Positions 26,271 through 34,632 of a DNA stretch of 36,444 bases are shown here, in pieces; position 1 is the stretch's first letter; each line of letters begins with the position of its first letter. Location: assembly GCA_050122535.1 (NCBI GenBank), contig JASFIT010000002.1, positions 1 through 36,444 of the forward strand, in the 5' to 3' direction. A program made the position numbers and the translations under genes. This DNA is from Desulfobacteraceae bacterium. GTDB taxonomy: Bacteria > Desulfobacterota > DSM-4660 > Desulfatiglandales > HGW-15. The notes beneath the pieces were generated by a model. That model was not told the origin of the DNA. It did not search any database and worked only from the letters and a program-made list of their open reading frames with translations.

Positions 26271-27311
26271 ATGTCAAACGAAATTCAAAGCCCTGAATAT
26301 GTGAAAATGAGCCATGCCACGGCCATCTCTCTCGGGTTGATGGAGGGGAGGATGTATCGCGGCGCGGTGAACCGATGCGTGAACCTGCTGTATCATTACC
26401 CTGAAGGGTGTTCTGCTAATTGTGCTTATTGTGGCCTGGCCAAGAGGCGTCCCGGAACCTATGAAGAAAAGAGCTTCATTCATGTGGATTGGCCCATATA
26501 CCCGATGGATGAAGTCATTGATGCCATCAACAAGGCCCCTCCATACGTTAAACGTACCTGTATCTCCATGATCACCAACGGCAAGTGCCGCCAGGACACT
26601 CTGGTGTTGGCGCATCGGCTGAAAAATGAAACCGCCATTCCCGTTTCCGTCCTTATCAGCCCCACCATACTAGAGAAGGAAGATTTGGTCGCCATGAAGG
26701 AGGCGGGCGTTGATAAGGTGGGTGTGGCCATAGACCTGGCCACACCAGAGCTCTTTGACAGGTACCGGGGAGCTGGTGTTTCAGGACCCCACAGATGGCA
26801 GAAATACTGGGAAATTCTGACGGCAGGCCTTGACGTTTTTGGGAAGCTCCATGTTGGCGCCCATCTCATGGTGGGTCTGGGTGAGACGGAAAAGGAGATG
26901 GTCTCCTTGATGGAGAGAATGTGGCAGATGGGTGTTGTGAATCACCTGTTTTCATTCTTTGCAGAGGAAAGTTCCGGCCTGGCCGCCCGACCCCAGCCCC
27001 CTTGGCCCAATTACTTGCGGATACAGTTGGCCCGGTATCTGATCGAGCATGAACGGTGTTGTTTTGATGATATGAAATTTGACGGGCCCGGACGCATCAT
27101 TGATTTTGGGCTTGCCCCGGATACATTAAACCAAGTCATAAACGTTGGCGCACCCTTCATGACCACAGGTTGTCTGGGACCAGATGGAAAAGTGGCCTGC
27201 AACCGCCCCTTTGCTAATTGCCTGCCTGATGTGAAGCAGTGGAACTATCCCTACACGCCCAATGCTGAGGAGCTCACCCTCATCCACGAGAATATCTTTA
27301 AAATGGGATAG
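26271..27311 (+). CDS. Radical SAM protein, biotin-synthase-related / LipS-like (not LipA)
   Basis: GCSANCAYCG (Cx3Cx2C) near the N-terminus. C-terminal Cys triad CLGPDGKVACNRPFANC. I saw no N-terminal Cx4Cx5C and no RSSY tail. I prefer the ATG at 26271, because the TTG at 26172 would translate through the hairpin. Confidence 0.75.
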   Translation: MSNEIQSPEYVKMSHATAISLGLMEGRMYRGAVNRCVNLLYHYPEGCSANCAYCGLAKRRPGTYEEKSFIHVDWPIYPMDEVIDAINKAPPYVKRTCISMITNGKCRQDTLVLAHRLKNETAIPVSVLISPTILEKEDLVAMKEAGVDKVGVAIDLATPELFDRYRGAGVSGPHRWQKYWEILTAGLDVFGKLHVGAHLMVGLGETEKEMVSLMERMWQMGVVNHLFSFFAEESSGLAARPQPPWPNYLRIQLARYLIEHERCCFDDMKFDGPGRIIDFGLAPDTLNQVINVGAPFMTTGCLGPDGKVACNRPFANCLPDVKQWNYPYTPNAEELTLIHENIFKMG

Positions 27312-27369
27312 ACCGGCCAAAAATCTTTTGACAAGATAAGTAAAAGGTATTACTTTGATTCTTTTGACT

Positions 27370-27446
27370 GGGCCGTTAGCTCAGTTAGGCAGAGCAGCGG
27401 ACTTTTAATCCGTTGGTCACAGGTTCGATTCCTGTACGGCCCACCA
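27370..27446 (+). tRNA. tRNA-Lys (anticodon UUU), CCA encoded
   Basis: Cloverleaf folded by hand. Acceptor GGGCCGT/ACGGCCC, anticodon arm GCGGA-CTTTTAA-TCCGT, T arm ACAGG-TTCGATT-CCTGT, discriminator A, then CCA. Confidence 0.95.
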
Positions 27447-27690
27447 ATTATCTTCTATGACATTTCGATACAGGGAACGAAGAGATACTGGATGAATTGA
27501 ATATATCTTATTTATATAGTGCCCAGTATCTAGCATCCAGAATCGCTCCGCCTGAGCCAGTCAGATATTTTGTTAGAAGAATCGCTGGTTCACCACGGGG
27601 CTACATTAGGAAACAAGCTTTGGACCCTCTCTGGGGTGAACACCTCGGCGGTGGCCATCACTTTGCTATCAAGCCTGTTGTTTGGATAGC

Positions 27691-27768
27691 GTCCCCATCG
27701 TCTAGCCAGGTCCAGGACACCGGCCTTTCACGCCGGCAACACCGGTTCAAATCCGGTTGGGGACGCCA
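27691..27768 (+). tRNA. tRNA-Glu (anticodon UUC), CCA encoded
   Basis: GTCCCCATCGTCTAG...CCGGCCTTTCACGCCGG...CCGGTTCAAATCCGGTTGGGGACGCCA. Near-identical in architecture to E. coli tRNA-Glu as I recall it. Confidence 0.95.
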
Positions 27769-27776
27769 GTCTGCCT
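27755..27776 (+). repeat. Direct repeat copy 1: last 14 nt of tRNA-Glu plus 8 nt downstream (attL-like)
   Basis: GGTTGGGGACGCCAGTCTGCCT recurs at 29024..29045 with 21 of 22 positions identical. Confidence 0.7.
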
Positions 27777-27782
27777 TTAAGA

Positions 27783-27817
27783 GGGGTTAGGACAATTCCT
27801 AATCCCTTGTTTATTTT
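27783..27817 (+). terminator. Rho-independent terminator after tRNA-Glu
   Basis: GGGGTTAGGA-CAAT-TCCTAATCCC (10-bp stem with one G-U pair), followed by TTGTTTATTTT. Confidence 0.8.
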
Positions 27818-27843
27818 GGATGTTCATTCGAGAGTGATGATCA

Positions 27844-28956
27844 ATGGCTAAAGGCAAGTGGATATGGATTATATGGACATCAGCCTTTGTGGTGATCCTT
27901 CAGGCTGCAAATGGCCTGGGAATAGAGATTACTGACAAGCTTTCCATTGGAGGCGTCCTGGTTGGTGCTTACCAGTACCAGGACCTCGCCAGTGGGCCCG
28001 GCTTTAGCAACACCGGTCGAGGTGCGGTCCCGTTCCAACCGGAGATCAGCTTTAAGCTGACCCAAAAAGATGAGCTCTCTGCCACGCTTGGTTTTGCGGC
28101 GGGAAACGGGCTTGGCGAGGTCACACCGTTTACCCTTGACCCGTGGGGCGCTGCGCTGGAAGATGGCGTCAAAGACATTAATGGCCGCAACCGCGATTAC
28201 CTGCTCACCGCTTGGTACGCACACACGTTTACCTTCAGTGGCGATCACGCGCTTCAACTCACGGGAGGCATCATCGATGCCACCGATTATTTAGATCAGA
28301 ACGCATTTTCCAACGACGAGTTCACGCAATTCATGAATGAGGCATTGGTCAACGCACCCAACGCTTTTCTACCTTCTTATGACATTGGCGGTGCCGCGGA
28401 TTGGGACATTGGCAATTTCGAAATAGCGGCAGTTTACATGAACATTGGCGAAAATGACGATGGCAATAACTTCAACTACTACGGTATTGAGCTTCAATAC
28501 AATCTGAATACGTCTCTCGGGGAAGGCGGGTACCGGGTGATCCTCAGCTACGGCAGTGAGGATTTTCTTGATCCAACGGGTGAAAATCTTGAATCGCGTT
28601 CTATCCTCCTCTTTTCCTTTGATCAGAAATTTGGCGAAATTATCGGTGCCTGGGTTCGCTTCGGTTTTCAAGACGACAAGGCAGCCGTGAATTACGAGAG
28701 CATTTATTCTGGTGGTATCGACATCAGTGGCAGCGTCTGGGGGCGGCAAGAGGACAACATAGGTATCGGTTATGGTTATCTGCGTGGTGGTAATCAGGAC
28801 ATCGACAAAACGCAAGTGGCCGAAGTCTATGCTCGTTTCGTGCTTTATAAATATTTTGCCCTTACATTGGATGTGCAGTACATGAGGGATGACCTGAAAT
28901 CCGGTGATGGCCCAAAGGGTTTCATATACGGTATCCGAATGGCCGCACATTTCTAA
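27844..28956 (+). CDS. Outer-membrane beta-barrel porin (OprB/carbohydrate-porin-like)
   Basis: Signal peptide ending LQAAN and alternating amphipathic strands rich in G/Y/D. C-terminal aromatic residue (..IRMAAHF). Family assignment is from memory only. Confidence 0.6.
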   Translation: MAKGKWIWIIWTSAFVVILQAANGLGIEITDKLSIGGVLVGAYQYQDLASGPGFSNTGRGAVPFQPEISFKLTQKDELSATLGFAAGNGLGEVTPFTLDPWGAALEDGVKDINGRNRDYLLTAWYAHTFTFSGDHALQLTGGIIDATDYLDQNAFSNDEFTQFMNEALVNAPNAFLPSYDIGGAADWDIGNFEIAAVYMNIGENDDGNNFNYYGIELQYNLNTSLGEGGYRVILSYGSEDFLDPTGENLESRSILLFSFDQKFGEIIGAWVRFGFQDDKAAVNYESIYSGGIDISGSVWGRQEDNIGIGYGYLRGGNQDIDKTQVAEVYARFVLYKYFALTLDVQYMRDDLKSGDGPKGFIYGIRMAAHF

Positions 28957-29023
28957 TCCTCCAGATAATATCACTCCACTGAATTTCTGCAGGAATCAGA
29001 ACATCCACATTTCCATGTTACAA

Positions 29024-29045
29024 GGTTGAGGACGCCAGTCTGCCT
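29024..29045 (+). repeat. Direct repeat copy 2 (attR-like partial tRNA-Glu 3' end)
   Basis: GGTTGAGGACGCCAGTCTGCCT. The upstream sequence has no tRNA body. An additional GGACGCCA octamer lies at 29067..29074. Confidence 0.7.
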
Positions 29046-29067
29046 AAAAAGGCTATAAACAGCTCCG

Positions 29068-29095
29068 GACGCCACGTCAAATGGCGTTTTATATT
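29068..29095 (+). terminator. Rho-independent terminator after the porin gene
   Basis: GACGCCA-CGTCAAA-TGGCGT(T) stem, followed by TTTATATTTAATTTT. Confidence 0.7.
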
Positions 29096-29225
29096 TAATT
29101 TTCGTCAGAAATCGAGTAAAATTTATATTACCGAAGCATCCTCAATGCACAACGGATTTGAGCGAACGGATTTCGTACAAGCGGATGTGGAATGAGAATT
29201 GGTATTGGAAAATAGGAGGAAATGG

Positions 29226-29879
29226 ATGAAGAAAAAAATTATCTTAATAATGTTTGTGACAGCGGTTTTTGTGTTCTGCGGTACCGTTGGATTTGCACAG
29301 GAAATGGAGAAAAAGTTCGGCATCGGGGCAAGGGCAGGATTTTACAGGATTGCTGACGACGACACCCCGCAGGGTGAAATCAAATCCAGCGGAACGCTTT
29401 ATGGAGAAGCCAACCTCACCTATTTTTTCGTTGATTATTTCTCTCTGGAATTGAGCGCTGGATATGTGAAACCGAATTTGGATTTGACACAGAACTCAAC
29501 GGGTTATGTTGTGGAGTATGGTGAGCTCGAACAGATTCCTTTTCTTTTGACCGCACGGTTCCATTGGTGGAATGACATTCCTAAAGTGGGCCTCTATGCG
29601 GGTGGAGGGCTTGGATACTTTTTCAATGACTTTAGTGTTTCCGACACGTATAGCATTAGTAATCCGGGGCTTGCGGTTGAAGCAGATGACAGTCTTGGTG
29701 CGGTAGTCAGCGTAGGGCTTGAATACTTTATTACGACAAAATGGGCCCTCAATGTGGATCTAAAGTATATTTATAATCCGGTTGACTTCCTCCAAACACA
29801 GCCTGGTGTGAGTCCCTCAGCGTTTGATCTTAATCTAAATACATTCCTCGGCGGCGTAGGGATTAAATATTACTTCTAA
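29226..29879 (+). CDS. Small outer-membrane beta-barrel protein (OmpW/OmpA-barrel-like)
   Basis: The ATG at 29226 is preceded by AGGAGG. Signal peptide MKKKIILIMFVTAVFVFCGTVGFA, beta-strand periodicity and a C-terminal GIKYYF. Confidence 0.7.
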   Translation: MKKKIILIMFVTAVFVFCGTVGFAQEMEKKFGIGARAGFYRIADDDTPQGEIKSSGTLYGEANLTYFFVDYFSLELSAGYVKPNLDLTQNSTGYVVEYGELEQIPFLLTARFHWWNDIPKVGLYAGGGLGYFFNDFSVSDTYSISNPGLAVEADDSLGAVVSVGLEYFITTKWALNVDLKYIYNPVDFLQTQPGVSPSAFDLNLNTFLGGVGIKYYF

Positions 29880-29920
29880 GGAGACGTAGAAGTTTCTCCA
29901 GTTCATGGTTGTTTCAATAA

Positions 29921-29950
29921 AGGCAGACTCGCATTGACTCTGCCTTTTTT
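29921..29950 (+). terminator. Rho-independent terminator after the OMP gene
   Basis: AGGCAGA(C)TC-GCATT-GA(C)TCTGCCT stem, followed by TTTTTT. Confidence 0.85.
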
Positions 29951-30039
29951 ATGTCTATGCCTCTATAGAGTTTACCAGCTGCTGCCGATGAATCTTCTAT
30001 TTCATCACCAACGAGAACTGCCTTAAATTTCTAAAATCT

Positions 30040-30073
30040 TACAGAAATGCAAAGGCCGCTATAAAAGCGGCCT
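30040..30073 (-). terminator. Minus-strand terminator capping the gene-free stretch downstream of the esterase gene
   Basis: AGGCCGCT-loop-AGCGGCCT 8-bp stem. On the minus strand it is followed by TTTGCATTTCTGT. Confidence 0.6.
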
Positions 30074-30506
30074 CAGCTCTGACGGTGTTTGGTTTATTGT
30101 TTCGTATGTGAATGGCTGCCGCGCGGTATCTTTCATTGCCTTACCGCACGCGGTCGATAGGGGGACCCGTAAGAGTGATCCTGCCACCACTACCTCAGCA
30201 AGTAGTGCCTCGTCATTCCCATACCTCCTGAAAGGAAGCACAATTCCGCCGTCAGTCGGAATGCCGAGTTTTCCGTGGCATGAGAGTGACACCCAATGTC
30301 TCACTCCCATCTCAATTTGCTGATTTGCTGGCCTATATTTAACATGGATTTATAGATAAGTCAAGCACTTACTCGCCTTCGCGCGAATGGCCCGCAGTTT
30401 GCTCCACTTGCTTCCATGAAACATATGCCAACGCGTTGTTCTCTCCTCGTTCCTCTTCTCAACACGTCATTTGAGAAGATACACGCCAGGCGAGGGATCT
30501 CCGTGT

Positions 30507-31187
30507 TTAGCCGCCGGGTTTGCGGTGAAAGATTTTTAAAAGCCAGGCGCCGATATCCTGAATTTCTTCTATGCAAACACCGTGCATTATGGGATATTCA
30601 CGCCAACTGATCTGATAGCCCAACCGCCCCAATGCTTGTTTGGTCCGGATGCCATGGGCCACCGGAATCACCGGGTCCATGGTGCCATGGGCCATCATGA
30701 TGGGGATGTCTTTGTTGATGAGACTGATTTCCTCCGCGATGTTCTCTGCGGTGGGCAAATAGGTGGATAGAGCCAATACGCCTGCCAGGTGCTTCCCATA
30801 CGTCAAGCCGGTATGCAGCGAGATGGCCCCACCCTGAGAAAAACCTGCCAAGAGAATCCGTTCAGAAGGCATGCCGGATTCCATTTCGTTTTGAATGAGT
30901 GTGTCCAGATGATCAACGGATTCATAGAAATCATCCAGTTCTATTCCGCCCGATCCTGGAATACCGGTCACGTCGTACCAGGCCCGCATAATCATACCTG
31001 CATTAATGGTCACTGGCCGCTTGGGCGCATGAGGAAAAACAAACCGGATCGGTAGGGTTTCCGGTAGGCGTAGCTCAGGAACGATGGGTTCAAAATCGTG
31101 ACCATCAGCGCCTAAACCGTGAAGCCAGATAATCGATGCATAAGGCTCGGACTTTGGGATTATTTCAACGGAGTCCAACAGTGCCAT
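30507..31187 (-). CDS. Alpha/beta-hydrolase carboxylesterase/phospholipase (Abhydrolase_2-like)
   Basis: IIWLHGLGADGHDF, nucleophile elbow GFSQGG, and HGTMDPVIP near the C-terminus; 226 aa. Confidence 0.85.
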   Translation of the reverse strand: MALLDSVEIIPKSEPYASIIWLHGLGADGHDFEPIVPELRLPETLPIRFVFPHAPKRPVTINAGMIMRAWYDVTGIPGSGGIELDDFYESVDHLDTLIQNEMESGMPSERILLAGFSQGGAISLHTGLTYGKHLAGVLALSTYLPTAENIAEEISLINKDIPIMMAHGTMDPVIPVAHGIRTKQALGRLGYQISWREYPIMHGVCIEEIQDIGAWLLKIFHRKPGG

Positions 31188-31484
31188 AATATTAAGTTAA
31201 CAACTCGGCATCATCATGGGAATAGGGAGGATCAGATGCGCTTCCAAATATTCTTCCCGCCAGAGAGTATCACCTAAGACAGATTACCTATTATACACAT
31301 GAACATGAATCAAGTGTAGGGTCGCCCCTTCTTACAACATCCCGGGTTTTGGATTGGCCTTGATACACAATCCGCTTATCCTAGCATTTTTTTCTGGAAA
31401 AACACCTTTTTATCGGATACTTAAGGGAGTGGTGGTGAAGTAGAAACCTCCTGTTTTTGATGGCTTGGATTTGAGAATGATCGC

Positions 31485-32327
31485 ATGATCACTATTGAAG
31501 AAGAAAAATACATATTGGACTGCGCATATATTCCAGAGCACATCGTCGGGTTGTTGACAAGTGTATCGGGCGGGGAACCGTTTCTTTTTCAAAATTATTT
31601 TTGTTGCCGAAACGAGGATTGGATCATTCTTGTAGGGTATCCCTTGGAGAGAAATTTCAGCGTTAAGGATCTCGAAGCCGTTATGGATGAAACAAAAAAG
31701 AGGTTTCGCCCCAAGTACCTATCTCTTATCGCACCAGAATTGATGCCTTCACTTAGCGCATTATGTCAGGAAAAGGAAAGCGACAACTACTATACCCTGG
31801 GCATTCCAATTGGCCCTATAAAGAGCAGCATAAGGCGCCTGATTAGAGCAGCACAGGAAAACGTGACGGTAGAACGATCCCGTGAAATGGGAGAAGCACA
31901 CAAAGAGCTTACAGAGGAATTCATTGAGAGAGCCAATCCACCCCTTCGGGTCAGAAATCTCTTTTCCAGGATGCCCCATTATGTCAGTCATACAGAAGAC
32001 GCCATTGTCTTGAATGCATGGGACAAAAACAAGAATTTGGTAGCATTCTATGTGGTGGATCTTGCGGCAAAGGACTTCTCTGCTTATGTTATAGGGTGCC
32101 ATTCCAAGAGAAATTATGTGCAGGGGGCATCCGATTTCTTGTGCCATGAAATGGTTGAGATGAGTGCGGAATACGAGAAGAAATATGTGCACCTTGGTCT
32201 TGGTGTGAATGAGGGAATACGAAGGTTCAAAATGAAGTGGGGAGGCGTGCCTACGAGAAGATATGAGATGTGTGAACTCGTGTTGAAGAAACCTTCCATA
32301 ATGGATGCTATTCGCTTGGTGAGATAG
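31485..32327 (+). CDS. Uncharacterised tandem-GNAT-fold protein (DUF2156 / FemAB-like acyl- or aminoacyl-transferase); product uncertain
   Basis: 280-aa ORF. WIILVGYPL and the C-terminal HLGLGVNEGIRRFKMKWGG pattern resemble the MprF C-terminal/DUF2156 and FemAB families. Recalled, not searched. Confidence 0.5.
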   Translation: MITIEEEKYILDCAYIPEHIVGLLTSVSGGEPFLFQNYFCCRNEDWIILVGYPLERNFSVKDLEAVMDETKKRFRPKYLSLIAPELMPSLSALCQEKESDNYYTLGIPIGPIKSSIRRLIRAAQENVTVERSREMGEAHKELTEEFIERANPPLRVRNLFSRMPHYVSHTEDAIVLNAWDKNKNLVAFYVVDLAAKDFSAYVIGCHSKRNYVQGASDFLCHEMVEMSAEYEKKYVHLGLGVNEGIRRFKMKWGGVPTRRYEMCELVLKKPSIMDAIRLVR

Positions 32328-32381
32328 AGATCCTTAATACCCCGATCCTGCTCTTCCGGGAAAAAAAGGTATAGAAGAGAG

Positions 32382-33251
32382 ATGTTTTTCAGGAAATCTA
32401 AAGAAAAAGAGATGAAAATGATCTGGAAGGTAAAGAAAGAAGACAAAAGGTCGTACCTTGTTGGCACTGCCCATTTCTTTCCCTACAGCTTCAGGACTTC
32501 GCTTTCCAAATATTTAAAAGATGCTACCGTGGTATTGTTTGAAGGCCCTCTTGACGAACAGAACATGGCCAAAGTGGTGAATGCGGGTACCAATAATGAG
32601 AATGAGGCACACCTCTTTGAGCAACTGGATAGAGAAACTATTGACCGCATCTCCGAGGCCCTGGTTCCCGTATGCCGGGGCAAGAGTTCGTTCCTCTTTT
32701 TTAATCCTCGTACGTTACGCGAGGAAAACCCGGTTTACGAAATGATTAAAGGAATGAAGCCCTGGCTTGCTTTTTTCACCATCTGGTCCAACTACTTGGA
32801 GAGGAACGGGTGGCGACATTCGGTGGATTATGAGGCTTACACGCTTGCCCAAGAAATGGACAAGGAGGTGGTCTTTCTCGAAACCATTGAGGAGCAGATA
32901 AAGGTCTTGGAAAGCCTTTCGGTTGAAAGAATTCGGTATTTCCTGGAAAGTGTCGACCAGTGGAAAGAATACGCACGAGAGTACGTAAAGTCTTATCTGG
33001 ATGGAGATTTGGAGAATCTAAAGTCCATGTGGAGCAGGTTCCCAACCCGTCACTCTGCGGTAATAGGCGACCGCGATGAGGTCCTCTACAAAAGGATGCT
33101 GGCCTACCTGGAAAAGGGGGATGCTGTAGCGTTTGTGGGTGCGCCTCACCTCCGGGGAATAGGCCAGTTGCTCCGTGCTGACGGGTATGAAGCGCAAAAA
33201 AAGGTTCAGCCTGCCCCCTCGCGCGTCAGCACCGGAGTCTTTAATTTCTGA
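32382..33251 (+). CDS. TraB/GumN-family protein
   Basis: N-terminal SYLVGTAHF and C-terminal AFVGAPHLRGIGQLLRADGYE are the two family hallmarks. Alternative ATGs lie at 32412 and 32418. Confidence 0.8.
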   Translation: MFFRKSKEKEMKMIWKVKKEDKRSYLVGTAHFFPYSFRTSLSKYLKDATVVLFEGPLDEQNMAKVVNAGTNNENEAHLFEQLDRETIDRISEALVPVCRGKSSFLFFNPRTLREENPVYEMIKGMKPWLAFFTIWSNYLERNGWRHSVDYEAYTLAQEMDKEVVFLETIEEQIKVLESLSVERIRYFLESVDQWKEYAREYVKSYLDGDLENLKSMWSRFPTRHSAVIGDRDEVLYKRMLAYLEKGDAVAFVGAPHLRGIGQLLRADGYEAQKKVQPAPSRVSTGVFNF

Positions 33252-33392
33252 AAATGGGCTCCTCCCGGTAATTCATGGACATGGATACAGGGGATTTTCC
33301 AGAGAAAGGGATAGAGCGGAGCTCTCGGGTCTGACGCGCAGAGGGCTAGGGTCTAAGGGTAGCGGGAGAGATAGGAAGTATGACTTGAAGTT

Positions 33393-33719
33393 TTAATTAG
33401 AAACCAGTCTTTTGAAATCCCTATTCTTCCAGAGGGCCTTGAAACAGTTGGCTTCCCTCACTGTCTTTTTTATCCCAGGATCAGTTTCTATTGCCTTTTT
33501 TAATTTGGAAAGTGCCTCTTCCTTTTTGCCCTCAGCAACGCATACACTGGCAAGGTTGTACCATGCCGGAACAAGGGTTGGTCTTATCTCGGTGGCCTGA
33601 TTGAATGCCACTCTTGCTTCGTCATATCTTTCGAGCCTGAAGAACTCAGCACCTTTGTTATTCCACAGCACGGCAAGATCTGGTTTTACCTTAACCGTCT
33701 TCACACCATTTTTCCTCAT
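33393..33719 (-). CDS. Small TPR-repeat protein
   Basis: 108 aa. Two to three TPR-like units (WNNKGAEFFRLERYDEARVAFNQA; AWYNLASVCVAEGKKEEALSKLKKAIE). Confidence 0.75.
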   Translation of the reverse strand: MRKNGVKTVKVKPDLAVLWNNKGAEFFRLERYDEARVAFNQATEIRPTLVPAWYNLASVCVAEGKKEEALSKLKKAIETDPGIKKTVREANCFKALWKNRDFKRLVSN

Positions 33720-33781
33720 TCCTATAAATCCTCCTTTACCTTTTTTACGAGCAATATCTAAACCACATGGCAGTGGTAAAG

Positions 33782-34144
33782 CTAATGAACCTCATGTTGG
33801 GATGCGTTTTCCAAAATCTCCAAGGCCACCAAATAATGACCCCTGAAACGCCCTTCATCCTTCGATATGTGTCGTATCGTCGTCTTTAAGGCATTGGTGG
33901 GATAACCTGACTCTCCTGAATAAAATTTCATGTCCAGTGTGTCCCCCTCCTTTAAGCGGGACAAAATCGCAGAGTCTTCCTTGACCAAAACACACATCGA
34001 CATGTCCGCCGTATTCCAGATTCTGAATTGATAGGGGAGTTCGATTCCCTTTATGGAAAATTCCACACTGTGATATTCATCCCCATTTCCTTTAACGTCC
34101 AAAGTGTGTTCCCCTGCTTTGCAGGTATACTTACCATCTTTCAA
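33782..34144 (-). CDS. Hypothetical protein, possibly a degenerate PilZ-like beta-barrel
   Basis: TTG start with GGAGG 7 nt upstream. NTADMSMCVLVKEDS...LKEGDTLDMKFY resembles a PilZ barrel, but the RxxxR and D/NxSxxG motifs are absent. Confidence 0.45.
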   Translation of the reverse strand: MKDGKYTCKAGEHTLDVKGNGDEYHSVEFSIKGIELPYQFRIWNTADMSMCVLVKEDSAILSRLKEGDTLDMKFYSGESGYPTNALKTTIRHISKDEGRFRGHYLVALEILENASQHEVH

Positions 34145-34632
34145 AGGCTTTTCCTCCGAGGTTCTAAGCCTATCCCAACAGGAATTTTCGCGTCCGTTGA
34201 GGACTGATGTATAATTAGCAATATTTATGCCAAATTATAGTTACATGATTCACCTCTCTTGCACCCACACAAATTCCACGAAAATTACCAGCAATAACAA
34301 TATGTTGGGGGAAAATGTGCGGTGATTTATCTTTTCATGCGGGATGAAATGTCATGAAGAACTGAGTTCCTCTCCGGTTCGTGTGTCTAAACTGTCTAAA
34401 ATATCATACGTTTCTTGGGGGGGCAGTTATGATTAAAGATACAGTCTGGGGAAATTTATGATCCCATAGGAACTTTCAAAGAGGAGATTCCTTTTGTGGT
34501 AATTGGCATAGAGGGATGCGTCCAGCGTGTTACCCGCATCTACACTTGCATCTTGCAGGTGGACGGTAGGCATGGGAAAGAGGATGGCGGCTGCTAACTG
34601 GCGGCAATTCTGCTCTAGGATTCTTTTCAGGT

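Noticed and set aside
27447-27690. Possible hidden tRNA (e.g. tRNA-Sec) or SRP-like RNA in the 244-nt tRNA-Lys/tRNA-Glu spacer
   Set aside because: No T-loop (GTTCRANYC) and no UCA anticodon loop is present, and no cloverleaf could be drawn. I found only a GTTCACC...GGTGAAC helix and a 9-nt direct repeat AGAATCGCT.
27497-27790. 97-aa plus-strand ORF
   Set aside because: It runs through the tRNA-Glu gene, so it is not coding.
28369-28974. 201-aa minus-strand ORF
   Set aside because: It is antisense to the porin gene, which has a signal peptide, beta-barrel periodicity and a terminator. The antisense product has none of these features.
30059-30323. Overlapping 83-aa (-) and 71-aa (+) ORFs
   Set aside because: They overlap each other, have no SD and have non-protein-like composition. 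The region is treated as a possible RNA or 3' UTR in the findings.
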